Source of the DNA: Gekko japonicus
Lineage: Eukaryota
NCBI RefSeq assembly: GCF_001447785.1
Contig: NW_015176023.1
Coordinates: 324,365 to 384,777, forward strand
Reading direction: 5' to 3'
Length of the DNA: 60,413 bases
Positions 37,750 to 50,790 of the stretch are shown one piece after another. Under the pieces are notes generated by a model that saw only the letters and a list, made by a program, of their open reading frames with translations, had not been told where the DNA came from and made no database searches. A program made the position numbers and the translations under genes. Positions within the stretch are counted from its first letter, which is position 1. The number at the start of each line of letters is the position of its first letter.

Positions 37750-40700
37750 GTGCGTCCGTGTGGGGGGATGTGGGGGCGGGCTTGCCACCTCCCGGCTGGG
37801 GAACTCCCGGCGGCGGCTGGGTGTGTGTGGGGGGGAGGGCGGGGGGCCCTCTGTGTGTGTGTGTGTGTGTGTGTGGTGGGGTGCGCGCGCACTGCCACGG
37901 AGCCCCCCCCCCAGGCTAAAGGACTGTGAGCTGGCTCACACTAACTCAGCTTAGAGGGAACAGTGCCTCTAACAGGTCTCGTTTTCTCTCCCTTTTCAAA
38001 AGGACCTCGCCTTCTCCCGGTTTGCTTCGGGTGGTGCAAAAGAAGGCTGAAGCCTGGGGAGGCCCCCCCCCCCCCCGTCCCCCTGTCTGGTCTCGCCCGG
38101 GCAGAGAGGCGCCCCTGAACACCTGGCTTGCAGGGCCAGCTCGCTCTCCAGGCCAACTAGGCGTTTGCCTAGAGCGGGCCGGCCCTTAGGGAGGCCAAAC
38201 TGCACCCCCCCACCACCACCAAAAGCCCCCCTACCCAGCACAGCCCAGTTTGGTGTAGTGGTGAAGTGCGCGGACTCTAATTTGGGAGAACCGGGTTTGA
38301 TTCCCCACGCCTCCTCCACTCGCACCTGGCTGGATGGCCTTGGGTCAGTCACAAGCTCTGGCACAGCTGTTCTTGAAAAAGAGCCGTTTCTGTCAGAGTT
38401 CTCTCAGCCCCGCCCACCTCACAGGGTGTCTGTTGTGGGGAGGGGAAGGGGAAGAGGTTTGTAAGCCCCTCTGAGACACCTTTGGGTAGTGAAGGGCGGG
38501 GTATAAATCCAATCTCTTCTTCTTCTTCTTCCTGTGACCTGCCAGCCCGTGGGAGGCTCCACCGGCAGGGGCCGTGAAAGGAGCCGGGCAGCTGGGTGAG
38601 GCAGCAGCCGGGCAAAGTGGGTCAGTCAGTGTGGAAATCCTCTGGCCGCCGCCGGCAGCACCCAAGTGAGGGGGGCAATGCACAGGGGGTGCCAGAAGGG
38701 ATCCTCGCCTAGGGTGCAAAATAAGCTGGGGCCGGCCCTGCTGGCTTGCTTTCAGTCCTGGCGGGGGGTGGGATAGGAGCCCTGACTGCACAGCCAATGC
38801 AGCAGAGTCGCCTCCAAGGCGACCGACGAGCCGGCCTGCTGGACAGTCAGGGGAGGGGGCGGCTTCGGAGCCCCTTTCCCAGGGGAGGGCGGGCCAGGGC
38901 GCCCCTCAGGTCACCAGGCAGCTGTTGCTGTGGGAATGGACCAGTGTCAACTCTACACAGGATTGCATAGCCAGCATCTCTTGTTCAATATATCTCAGGC
39001 ATTCGCCAGTGTTCAGCTCCAGCTTTGCTTGCCAGAGGTATGTGTCTGTAATCACATGCAAAGGTCCCGGTCACACGGCAACGGGAGAGGCACGGATGGT
39101 GGGCGGATTATCCGGGCGCAATCACACCCCAACATCTGGGAAGTGGAGCGCACCCGTGGCTTACCGCCGACAATGCGCCTTAAAGAACTAGTACCTCCAA
39201 GGTACTAGTAAACGTTTGCCATGGGCTGCCTCCAGACACCCGTGGTGTGATCTCGCCAGCGCACAGCACTCCCCTCCGGTCCCTCGTTTACCCGCCGGCG
39301 CTGAGGGAAGGACCCGTGGTGTGCCGCCGGCGCGTCTGATCATGTAATCCGACCCGTGCGACCGGGGCCCTAGTAGACCAGATTGACTTTGAAGGCAGCT
39401 TAGTGCTCCACAGTGTTTTCTTGGTTAATTCACCTGCTGCAGAGCTTGCTTCTGGCTGGAATGAGCAGGGAAATGACATTTGTCTCTGTAGTAGTTGAAC
39501 ACTTGGTAACAAGTGATTTGGATACCCCTTGATATACAGTGAATCTTAACATACTTTTAATTTTTTTAAACAAAGAAAAAGCCTTGGAAAAACCTGCCCT
39601 GTTCTAGTGGGTCTATAGGGAGCCTTAATCTTTTATCTCCCTTTTCTGTAACCTCTGGACTCTGAAGATGTGGGCTGGGGTTCGATATTGGGGGAAAACA
39701 TGCAGCTGCTTTTTAATGTTATAGAACGAGAGCTCCGTTGTGTATGGGGCTCAGCTCTTCTAGTCACCCCTGGGTTGTGAGCAGCTGTGGCCCAGTGACA
39801 CTGGGTCATCCGTATCTGGCTTCCACATCAACCGCTAATCTGGGACAATATGGACAATTAGTCTCTGAGACCTGATAAGGTAAGCCTTAGGAGTCCATCC
39901 AAGGAACAGTGATAATAGGAAGTGGCTTCGGACAGAAGAGCAGAAATGTCTTGTTTGTGCAAGATTCTTGGGCTATAGGGGAAGCTTTTAAAGAGGTATT
40001 TTTTCTTGTTTTCTGGCAAATAAATGTGATCTTAGTTACAGGCAAGGTCTTGTAAATTGGTGGAGCTGGCTGTTCTGACTTACTGTGGCTTTATGAATGA
40101 AAAACAAACCAAAAGAGTTAGGTGTGGGCAAGTGGCCGAGTTGCCACAGAAGGACCTTTTCATGTGTTCTATGCTGCCTAGGGTGAAAGCTGCAAATCAG
40201 CCATCTCTTTTCAGCAATCTAAGACATTTCACTTTTCCCTCAGATTCTTTGCTCTGACGTCACTCCATCTGGTCTTCTTGGTTGCTTTTATCCTGATACT
40301 AATAGTATGTTTTGATCAGTGGAAGAATAAAATCTGGCCTGAAATAAAAGGTGAGTACTAGCTCTCCCCTGGGCCCCAGAATTTCAGCTCTGGCTTCCCA
40401 TGTCTCCAAAGTGGTGGTGTTCTCTCTTTCCTTCATCTCCCCAATAACTGGGCTGCAACTAAAACCAAAGATCTTGAATTTCCTTAATCCAAACTGGGGT
40501 TACAGATAGGAATCCTGTAGGCTGGGCTCTACTTTCCCTAGCTGGAGGAGGCTTGGGCACAGAGAAGCACCTAAGGTAAATCTCAAAAATGATATGAATA
40601 TATTGGTCCCGTTACTCTGGTTACTGTGCCAGACAAGCATTTACCTATTTATTTACTATATTTGTAGTCCACCTTTCTCACTGAAACTCAAGGTGGCTTT

Positions 40701-43700
40701 CAAGAGGATGAGACATCTAATAAACAAGGTACAAGGACTAGGATTACAGAAATCTGAAACAAAGTATTAGTGTTGACAGGTTTGTGTTCAAAATGAACCA
40801 TGGTAACTGGAGTACTTTAACCCATAAGTATCTATGGTCGCTAGTTCCTCTTTGAGGTTCACCTCTCCTTTTTGTGCCACTGTCGGGAGGACCAGTGGTC
40901 TGAAGCATCTAGCTGGCAGTTCACCTCTTCTGAGAGAGATGGGCTGTTGTTTTGAGCGTTGCTTTAAGTACATGTTTCCAGTTTAGTTTTGTATAACCAT
41001 GTTATTGGACTAGGACAGAGGAAGTTCTGTTGTGGTGTCCTGGCTCCAGAGAAGGCCTGTCTACGGCAATCCTTGACAGAAGAAATGTTGTCACAAGAGC
41101 AGTCTTCTTACTCAAGTGAAGAGACTCCAGGCCTTGGCTTTAGTACATCCATAGGCTGAGAACTGAAATGAGCAGCATCCCGATAAAGTCTTGTAGTCAT
41201 AATGATATCAAATGAACAAAATTAAAGAGCAGTTTTGTTATTGAGGTAGCCATAGAGAGGAATTTAAACCAAAAAAACAGTAGTAGCTTATCAGTCAGAA
41301 CACAGAAAGCTGCAGCAATTTTAAAATTGCTGACATCGTCTGAATTATTTAGAAGAGGAAAGTTTGCTTCCATATGGAGTTTACAGTTCAGAAGTAAGGT
41401 TGGTATTGCAGCCTGGAACCTGATGTTGCTCGATCTCTGGAATATAACCAGTTCTCAGTTCACACCCAGGTTGATGCAGCGACTACAGCATTGGGTTAGT
41501 TGTGAGAAACCAAACTTAAAGTTGCTACCCAGCTGGGAAGCTTGCTGTGCACTCTTGGGCGTGTCACTGTCGTTCAGTATACCAGTTGGGGGTAATAGGT
41601 GTCTTCCCCCACCCCCCTTTTAATCAAAGAGCAGAAAATCTCAGATGTTTATTTATTTATTTATTTATTTATTTATTCAGGTATTTCTACCCCGCCCTAC
41701 CCCGCAAGCGGGCTCAGGGCGGCTTACAGGGGCATAAGCCCATACATAAAATTCATTAAAATCCAATAAAATCGCAAAGATACAATCGATAACATACTAT
41801 TAATAATGATAATAAAGTGCTTTAAGTTCTTTAAGTTCCAAGATGGTCTACAGATGGTCTACCCCTGCCAGCATTAGTTGTATCATTCCGGCAGTATTAG
41901 TCCAAGCTAATCGGCTAATCTTGTAGCCATGAAGTTCGCCCTGCCGCCGGGCTATCAAGGGCGATCCAACTTGATGATATTTCCACCATTGGTGGTGGTG
42001 GGAGCGGCGGCCCCTACATAAAAGCCTGGTGGAAGAGCTCCGTCTTGCAGGCCCTGCGGAATTGCATAAGATCCCGCAGGGCCCTGATCTCCTCCGGGAG
42101 CTCGTTCCACCAGGTAGGGGCCGCCACTGAGAAGGATCTAGTCCTTGTCGCAGCATAACGTGCCTCTCGGGAATCCGGAACCACTAAGCGGCAAGCAGCA
42201 CTGGACATCCCTATAGGGGTTATTCAGCAGAGTGCACCTTGTGTATTATGGTCCTTGAAGGGATGAGTTATACCTTAACATTCACAAGAGCACACAATTC
42301 TAGAGTAGATGTATGGTAACTGCCCACATCTCCCTGGGAAGGAGTGCTCCATATTTTTAGAATCTCGTATCTTAGATTAATTTGCACCAACTTCAGTATT
42401 GACTGCTAACCCTTCTCTCTCACTCAAGATTTAGGATACTGAATAATAGAACTGGCAAGTACAAATAGGGAGGATAACCCTGTACCTGGCTGTACAAGTT
42501 TATAGGGTCCAGAACTGGGTACATACTTGAATTTAGCGGATGCAGAAGGAAAGCGGGACCTTGGCTAATACCACCTTAACACACTTGTTGGTTAATGTTT
42601 GTTGGATGTTTTACTGTATTTACTCAAAAGGAAGACACCCCTGAATGTAAGATAACCCCGCCCCTTAAAATGTCATACAAAAAAGATTTATATTATTGGA
42701 CATAACTGTATGTTGTATGAAAATTTAAGATGGACCCCTCTTTTTTTATGGGATACCGGGGGGGAAACTAGTCTTGCATTTGAGTAAGTACAGTAATTAG
42801 ACAGCTAAGCATTTCCCCATTCATTTTCCTTGCAACTAATCCTGATGTGTTTTTAATGTTCTAGTGGCAAGACCTGATGAATTAGACAGTGAGAGGTATG
42901 AGATACTAATTCAGATCCCTTTTCTTTGTACTGTGTGGTCTGCGCTTGTGTTGCATACCAGTCCTGTTTTGTGAGTTCAAACTTATTAGCAGGGAATGCC
43001 ATGCAGTAACTGGACTGAAGGAATGTGTCTTTGCTCCTGCGTATTGCGCACACTCTTGTCCTCATATTTTGCAAATCTGGTTGCAGTCCTCTGCATGCTT
43101 AGGAGTAAAGCTACTTTGAATTAAATCCTAAGTGAAACATTTATTGGGACTGGTCTGGAAATTTCTTAAATCCTAAGGCCTTCACACTCCATATGCACAT
43201 GTATCTACATGTTTTACATAATCTCTGGCTGAATTCTTGAGATGAATCACCCCTTCGTACTCTTAAAAAGTTAATAATCTTCAGCTGTAGTAAATTGCCT
43301 TCTTTAAATGCCTGGTACATTTGACAGTGGCAGTTTTTTGCTTCGTGTCCCATTTAATGGAGAATCAATCTCCATTTCCTTCTGGAAGGTTTCCATGCAA
43401 AAGTCTCCTTGTTCAGTCATCGGCTGTTTGTGCTGGCAGAGCTGCATTTTTAAAAATCTTTTATTTATTTATTTATTTATACTTTCAGTTTGTACCCCGC
43501 TCACCCCCAAAGGGCTCTGAGCGGCTTACACGGTGAATGGTGCAGAGACCTATGCAGAAACCCTAACTATGGCCACTCTTTTATCATAAAAGAGCTGCTT
43601 GGATTAAGCAGGTATGAGCCTGACATGGGCAAAGACATGCTGCAAGACATCTTTCGCCTAATGTTGCCCAGGTGAGAGGGAGCCAGTGCAGGGCAGGAAG

Positions 43701-46700
43701 TGGAGCTTTTGCTCTGAGGCAGGCCGGGTCCATGGCCATCTCAGCCTTCATTCTCCCTCGCTAAAACAATCATGAACTTGTGTGTGTAAGTGTAATAAGG
43801 AGAGCCACTTCGAGCTATTATGGGTGCTCCCTGCCATACTAGGACAGTGAGATACCCCTCTTTTTCATCCTTCCAGCTGGGGCTATGTCCATCCACAACA
43901 GCTGAGTGTTCCCGAACTGTGTCACTATTTGGCAGAAGGCTGGGTCACAGGAGACAGCTTCATGAGGAGCATGCTGGGTTTCAAAAGACACAACCCAGGC
44001 AAGGTAAAAAAAATAATAATACCCAAAACAACATTGTCTGGGAGTGGGCAAGAGGAAAGGGAGGGAGGGTTAAGACACAGTGAAGACCTGACTGTGACAG
44101 GTCTTTCTGTTCCCCTTTGTGTATGCTCCGGAGAATGCATACTAAATCTGTAATTGTCCTTTGCAGGCACGAAGCCACGGGTGGGTGTGGTGATGCTTTA
44201 GAGCAGTGGTGGCGAACCTATGGCACGGGTGCCATCGCCCCAGCCAGGCCCAGACCATCATTAAAGTGTCGCATTCTCTGCCAAATAATTTTAAGTCAAT
44301 GAAAGCATTTGGGATTGCTTTCCTTACTTTGTTTAGATCATCTTAAGTTAATGTATGAGTTGTTTTTTCTAAAGTAAAACCTCAGTATTCAGGTTAAATG
44401 GCCGTGTTGGCACTTTGCGATGAATAAGTGGGTTTGGGGTCGCAGTTTGGGCACTCGGTCTCTAAAAGGCTCGCCACCACTGCTTTAGAGGATTGCAAGT
44501 GAGGGAGTTAAACACAGGGGCAGATGGAGACTATGGCAGCTCTCTTGCTTAGCGGACCTTTCTGCAGGCTTTTGTCCCACCTACCTTCCAAGAGGTTTTG
44601 CCCCAATCTGTTGCCTGCATCCAGAACTTGGTCTAAACGCAGGTCTTAAGTTCCCCCCTAATGCCATCCCCAAGGCGTCTCAAGTGTCCTGCCCTTGTTT
44701 TTGTCTTGGCACTGGGTAGCAGCAGCCAAAGTGTGTCTGCACAGGTTTGCTTAGTTCCCATAATGTCAGAAGACTTGACTCGGGGTTTTCTTTCTCCAGT
44801 TCTGCCTTCTAGCCTGTAGCGTCCTCACTTTTTTGGCTGCCTTGGGCCAGTATATTCCCGGAGTCTGTCTTGCCTATCTAACAAGTGAGTATCTGTGGCT
44901 GTGCCCGTCACTCAATAGGGCAGGGCATTTAGATGCCCAGGAGTTTTTTTTTTCTTTATTTGATTTATCTATGTTATGCCGAATAAAGGTTTTCTTCTTC
45001 ATCTAGAACCTAAAAAAAAATTTAAAAAAAATTTAGATGTTCAGGAGGGTCAAGCTGTGGTTTGACAGTTGGGTTTAGCCAGGACCAACTTCCTTGGGTT
45101 GTACTGCACAATGTGCCATGCTGAATACATCTGTGTCTGCCCCAGATTGCTTTCTTGGTTTCTCACTGTTTTGACAGATCCAGGTGGGTAGCCATGTTGG
45201 TCTGAAGCAGCAGGACAAAGTTTGAGTCTAGTGGCACCTTTAAAGCCAACAAGGTTTTATTCAAGGTATGAGATTTTGTGTGCTCGCACACTTCCTCAGA
45301 CACAATGAAATGGAAGTTACCAGTCCATGCATATAGGTAGAGGGTGAGCAGTAAAGGGTAACCATATAAACGAAGCTTGTTATTCCTGTTTGGTTCTTGA
45401 ATTTGTTAAACATCTTCATTATGTTGTATGCTAATTTACTGCTCACCCTCTACCTGTATATATGGACTGGTAACTTCCATGTCATTGTATCTGAGGAAAT
45501 GTGCATGCAAGTGAAAGCTTATACCTTGAATAAAACTCTGTTGGTCTTAAAGGTGTCACTGGACTCAAACTTGGTTCACTTTTTAAACGTTTATTGAGTA
45601 GAAGCCCATTGATTTGTCAACTGGGGAGGCACCATGACTCAGTGGTAAGAGGGTCCCAGGGCCACTCCTTGGTCTCTTCAGTTAGAAGGCTAAGAGAGTA
45701 AGTGATGGGGAAGACCCCTGTCTTCCTGAGGCCCCGGAGAGCTGCTCTCTGTCAAAAGAGACAGTACTGACTTTGGTTTGATTTAGCATAAGGTTGCTTC
45801 ACGTCTGTGTCTCTTCTTCCTCCTCTAGTGCTTTCCTTCCTCCTGTGGCCCCTTGCTGTGTACCACCACCTAGGTCAGCGCCTGTACGCCAAACTGGAGC
45901 CAGCACTGCAGCGATTGGACTTCAGTGTTCGTGGTTATATGATGACCAAGCAGAGGGAGAGGCAATGTGAGTCTGGTGCAGGGCTGGTATCCTGCCTTGC
46001 CAGCAGTCACGGGGCGGGAAGCGTATTAGCATACTGAGCTTGCTGTTTTCCTCCTCCTCGCTGGTGATCTGAGGGACTTTGGGCCTTGCCTGCTTGGGTG
46101 AAAGTGTAGAACAAGCTCGTGGCTACCTCTGACCACTCCTCCTTTCCTCAGCCCTGTTTCTTGGAGGAGAGCTCTGAATTCTTTCCCACGCTGTAGTAGT
46201 TTGTTATCCAAACACATCTCAGTATTGCTGGGGTGGGAGTGTCTCTCCCTGCTCTCTGCAGCTTCTGGCTTGGAGTGTCTCAGCAGCCGAGCTTTGCCTC
46301 CAGTCCCTCTCTCCTGCTTTGCTACTCTGAGGACATACTGAGCTTTCCCCTCCCACTTCATAACTGTTCTTTGGGACTCTGATTTCATGCAGTGCGTTAC
46401 CAGATGTTGAGGAAGCACCCTGCTGCTGGTGATGAGAGTGACAGCGAAGAAGAGCTTGCTGCTTTCTGTCCTAAGGTGAATGATCAGGCCCACCTTCCAT
46501 TTACACTTTGTCCCGGCAGGACAGCTGTAGCTGGAGTCTGTGGCTCAAGTGGGGTGTGTGTGTGTGCGCTGCTGGGTCGGAGGGTAAGGGAGCTCATTGG
46601 TTTTGTCCAGCCTTTCGTGATTCAAGGGCTGCTGGTCAGGTTTTTTAAACGAATAAAACATTGTTTTGCAGGGTACCCCTTTTTGCAGAGATTTGGATTT

Positions 46701-48074
46701 GTTTAAGAACCGGTTAAGTCCACTTGGGTCAGATTTTGCTTCTGATTGAGTAAAATGTGCAGGGAACTTGTTCTTATTGTGTTGTTTCCATTTGGTGACC
46801 CAAAATAATTTTCTTAGAGCTTTGCTGGACACCTTTCTTTCTTTACAGCTGGACGATGCAGCGGTTGCCAAGGAGCTGGCTATCTCCGATTCGGAACACT
46901 CCGATGCTGAAGTGTCCTGTACCGACAATGGCACTTTCAATCTCTCACGCGGCCAAACTCCCTTGACTGAGGGGTCAGAAGGTGAGGGCGAAGGAGGCGG
47001 GGCCTGGGGTGGGGGTGGGGAAGGCAGACCCTGAGAAACCGCTCCCTTCCACGCTGGCCCAGCTCGCAGCTTTCTAGGAGACTCGGCGTAGCTTTAAAAG
47101 AAAGATACCGGCTGCGGTCACACGGAGCATTAGCCACGCTACAGAGACGGAAGGTAGGCAGATTTTCCGGGCGCGATCACACCGCAACATCTGGGAAGCG
47201 TAGAGCTCCCGTGGCGAACCCGAGACTTCCCGCTGAAGATGCAGAGTTAAAAACTAGTACCTCCGAGGTACTAGTTTCCGGAAACCGCGGGGCAAGGGCT
47301 GGCGTCTGATCGCGTTTCCAGTGGTGGCATCCAGCGCCCGCCCATGTCACTTCGCAAACAGGTTTTTTTCCCCCCCAAGTCTCCACAAGATGCGCACAAG
47401 CACCCAATGGCGCATGCGCACAAAGAGAAAAGTGAAAGTGCCGTTTCGGCTTTAAAAAAATAAATGGCCCCGTTTGTCACGGCAGCGGCGCCTAGCTATT
47501 GCTGGTGTGATCGCGCTGCACTGCTTCTTTGCCGCGCTGCAGGATCATCGTGTGATCGCCACCCTCGTTTACCCGCCGGCGCCGAGATGAACCGCCAGAT
47601 CGTGGGTCTAACTGTCGAATCGTCTGTCCCTGTTTAGACCTCGATGGGCACAGCGACCCTGAGGAATCTTTTGCCCGGGATCTCCCAGACTTCCCTTCCA
47701 TCAACCCTGAGGTGACGGGAATAGACGACGAGGACGACACCAGCATAGGCCTTCCAAGCCTCGCCTTCCGCGCGCAGGGCCCGGAGGATCTCCGGCTCTC
47801 CTACGACCAAGAGTCCCTCCTGGGGGCGGGGCCCTCCGCACTCCCCCTGACAGGGGACTTGGCTGGTTTCATGACCAGAGGGATGATCCAGCTGGCCTTG
47901 TCTGGGAGCTCCCCGTTGGGCTCTGCGAGTGGCAGCAGGCAGCAGCACAGTGGCAGAGCCTTCCTCCGGACCTCCAGCTCAGAGCTGGACACCGATGCTG
48001 AAGGAGACGACTTTGAACTACTCGATCAGTCAGAGCTGAACCAGATGGACCCTGCCAGCTCCCGTGGCCAGTGA
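37514..48074 (+). CDS. RETREG3: Reticulophagy regulator 3 (FAM134C), complete, 458 aa
   Basis: join(37514-37749,40244-40350,42865-42895,43877-44003,44800-44884,45829-45966,46393-46475,46849-46981,47638-48074), 1377 nt; reticulon homology domain and C-terminal LIR DDFELL (48006-48023). Confidence 0.95.
38240..38530 (+). mobile_element. Squam3-like SINE
   Basis: agcccagtttggtgtagtgg head and (ctt)n tail. Confidence 0.88.
39063..39369. mobile_element. PIF/Harbinger-like MITE with central palindrome
   Basis: TIR ggtcccggtcacacgg/ccgtgcgaccggggcc; homologous to 60012-60374. Confidence 0.75.
40244..40350 (+). CDS. RETREG3: RETREG3 exon 2
   Basis: [35 protein letters not shown]. Confidence 0.95.
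41647..42200 (-). mobile_element. L2 3' fragment
   Basis: [36 protein letters not shown]; (taaa)n tail. Confidence 0.85.
42614..42793. mobile_element. Tc1/mariner (Tigger/pogo-like) MITE
   Basis: TIR ctgtatttactcaaa/tttgagtaagtacag flanked by TA. Confidence 0.7.
42865..42895 (+). CDS. RETREG3: RETREG3 exon 3 (31-nt microexon)
   Basis: tag|[11 protein letters not shown]|gtatg; restores phase between exons 2 and 4. Confidence 0.9.
43877..44003 (+). CDS. RETREG3: RETREG3 exon 4
   Basis: [23 protein letters not shown]...FKRHNPGK. Confidence 0.95.
44204..44482. mobile_element. hAT MITE
   Basis: TIR cagtggtggcga; perfect 8-bp TSD ctttagag. Confidence 0.88.
44800..44884 (+). CDS. RETREG3: RETREG3 exon 5
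   Basis: [28 protein letters not shown]. Confidence 0.95.
45177..45572. mobile_element. Penelope-like element, inverted pseudo-LTR pair
   Basis: About 138-nt inverted arms at 45217-45355 and 45435-45572; ctgagga...gaaagct.atac...aataaa pLTR signature. Confidence 0.75.
45623..45805 (+). mobile_element. Degenerate tRNA-derived SINE
   Basis: A box tgactcagtgg and ggtcccagg head; 3' end agcataaggttgcttcacgt. Confidence 0.55.
45829..45966 (+). CDS. RETREG3: RETREG3 exon 6
   Basis: [40 protein letters not shown]. Confidence 0.95.
46393..46475 (+). CDS. RETREG3: RETREG3 exon 7
   Basis: [13 protein letters not shown]. Confidence 0.95.
46849..46981 (+). CDS. RETREG3: RETREG3 exon 8
   Basis: [44 protein letters not shown]. 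Confidence 0.96.
47113..47600. mobile_element. Harbinger-like MITE relative in RETREG3 intron 8
   Basis: cggtcacacgg start, ccgggcgcgatcacac and the central palindrome 47251-47277 shared with the 39063 and 60012 copies. Confidence 0.6.
47638..48074 (+). CDS. RETREG3: RETREG3 exon 9 (LIR motif)
   Basis: [23 protein letters not shown]...GMIQLALSG...[24 protein letters not shown]. Confidence 0.96.
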
Positions 48075-50170
48075 AGCGACCGACCTCCTCTTTTCAGTGG
48101 AGCTGAGATGGATGTGGCCTGGATGAGAACAGGCTGGTATTCTGCTCGTGGGGTTGTGACCTGGCTAGGGGACTGTGAGAGGCAGCCCGATTTTTAGAAT
48201 GAACTCCTCCTTGGCACATTCAGAGACTGGCTATAGAAAGTGTGTGCTCCGCACCTCACTTAGGTTGCTGCCTGTTAAACTGCTTGTTCAGAGCCAAAAT
48301 CTTACTCCTGCTGTTGTGGCTTTTCTTGTTAAATAGGCCCACAAGAGACCATTAAGTCTCCCAGTGCCTCCTGAATATAAGTCAGATGAAGGAACTTAAC
48401 GTCCTTTGGGATCGGAAGCCAAGTACTACATAGAGCAAGTCCTAAAGTCCCATGCGCAACAAAGGTGACCATCACACCGTAACCCTAATTAAGGTTTTAC
48501 TCCCCCGATCCTATCAAATGCGTTTGTACTCTGTGTACGTAAGAAAGTTTTGACTTGCCACCTCTGGGGTGCTGGAAGCCACTTCCCTACCCCCAGTAAA
48601 CATTTGCATTTGTAATGACTCCAAATTCATACCTTGCTGGACCTATCCAGGCGCTTGCTGTGCAGTGTGTTTTTGATAGATGTAGATGCTGGGCTGGCCC
48701 TCCCCACATCAGTTCCTTGAACCTTCAGGCTGAAGCAGTGGGGACAGGATGGCCCGGTGGTCAGAGGTCAGCTCAGTCCTCTCCCTGCGCCCCCAGCCAC
48801 TGCCAGCGTCTACGTGTCTGTGGTAGCCATGAACATGCTTCCTCGCTGACCCGGGAGCGTGTGACCCTTTTGGCAGAGGCTTGCCGGTTGGACGTGTCCC
48901 GCGGCCGCCGTGGTTTTTGAGCCTCCTGGCCTTGAGCTCAGGTGGGCCCCTTCTTATGCTGGGGACTGATAATGTAGAAGAGTCCGGCTACTAGCCCAGG
49001 TCACAGATTCAACTGGTGATAAAATCAGATGAACAAGGCCTGCTGTCCACAGGCCTCTGGCTCTCCCAAAACTCGTACCGTTTTTTTAAGCATGACAAAA
49101 AAAGTGGGCCTTTGGGGCTTGAGAATTGTCTGAAAGGTGTTGGTGATGCCAGCTGGAGCGTGAGGCACTTTTGTTTCTCGGAGGACTCTGTGACCTTACG
49201 GCAACTCTGTTTTAACTCCTTAGAACAATGTAAAAACCAAATTCAAAATGGGTGGCACATTTGGGGATTCTTGTTCTTAGTCGCACTGCCTGCATGGCTG
49301 GGAGATGTTACCACATTCCTCAAGAACGAGCCATTTCCAGATGGTATCGGGATCATAAGAACGGTGTGGCCCTGGCCCTGTCGTTCGCACACTGTTGTGG
49401 CTCTTTGTGTGCGTAAGGCTGGCACGGGTTGTGTTCTTTAACCAGCATCTCTGACCTGCAGAAGAACACAGGCCTCCGCACACTGTGGAGATGCGACAGC
49501 TAATATGTTCACAGTTCTGGTGCTCCCTGTATAGAATTCCATATATCACCGTGGGGTGGGGGTGGGGGGGTGTTTGTTGTGTGCAGAACTATTAGAATGG
49601 ACCCCAGAAAGTTCTGCTTAGCACAAAGCCATTCTGGTGAACTTCTGTGATTACCAGAGACTTGTGAGAATGCTATGATGGCACATTTTGGAGTTTGTAT
49701 CCATGAGCCTGTAAGAACATGTGAATCTGCAGAACTGAACCATTTCTAACACTTTATATCCAGCTGGAGAGCCTGGCTCTCAGGTGGTCCTCTAGTTCCA
49801 CCCTAATGTGCACCTCTTTGGGCCTCAATCGAGGATGCTTAGACTTCTTGACAGCATTTGAAAACCTTTGCTATACTCTGTCTATTGTTTCCTTGGCCAG
49901 GCAGTAATGTGGTGGTCTAAATTCTATATGCCTGACAAATGTTTGCGGAAGAATCTTGGGTGGTGCTTTGTAAATGGCTTGGTTTTATATCATTTGTGTG
50001 GTGATACGGTATTAACTGCCATTTCTAGTGTTTATAAGTATTCAGCATTGTGATTGTTCATAGGTCAATTTGTCACAGTACAGTTTTTTTTAAAAAAGGT
50101 AATTTAAACAAAACGCTAATAACTTTAGGTGAGCAACTGAGTTTATCAGATTTTGTGTTCTATGGATTCA

Positions 50171-50278
50171 AATAAAATTCCGATGCAATAAGACCACACA
50201 TTCTCCACTATATTAATAGTGAGATGTTATTTCTCTTTTTGTCAAGTGTTTTTCTTCCCTAATTTGGTGCAAAATAAA
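50171..50278 (+). terminator. Likely RETREG3 polyadenylation signals
   Basis: AATAAA at 50171-50176 and 50273-50278 after an AT-rich 3' UTR of about 2.1 kb, followed by T-rich sequence. Confidence 0.6.
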
Positions 50279-50654
50279 GAATTCAAAACAAACTCAGGTC
50301 CTTTGTTATTCCTCCACTTTTGTAATATTGAGCCTTGCTTTGAAGAATGTTTATAGTGGCCCACGTTGCTGTGGAACAGTCAGTTTGCTTTGTTTCTGTT
50401 CTTTCGTTACGGTAACCACCGCCTCCCAACCCACAGCAGTAGAGAGTTAAGTCTTTTACAAATTAAGCTGTGCTCCAGAAAGCATAGAAATTGGAAGAAG
50501 ATGTCTGAACTTTATGCTGTGTCAGGAACGTGTTCTCTTAGTCTTTCAGCCCCAGTTCTTTTTGGAGCCTGAGTTATAATGGACTTAGAAGGCTATAATT
50601 CTCCATAGCCTTGCACTGGTAATCCTTGAAACCAAACAGTGGAATCAGCTGCCT

Positions 50655-50790
50655 AGGGAGGTAGTGAGCTCCCCCTCATTGGCAGACTGGACAAACACTT
50701 GTTGGGAGATACTGTAGGCTGATCCTGCACTGAGCAGGGGGTTGGACTAAATGGCTTGTATGGCCCCTTCCCACTCTGTGATTCTATGAT
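50655..50790 (+). mobile_element. CR1 3' fragment
   Basis: ggggttggacta...cccttcccactctgtgattctatgatt. Confidence 0.75.

Noticed and set aside
38617-38642. ggtcag(tcag)tgtggaaat resembles the GQCGN codons of the missing TUBG1 exon 1
   Set aside because: Wrong strand and position, interrupted, and no IITLQL or ATG upstream; chance similarity.
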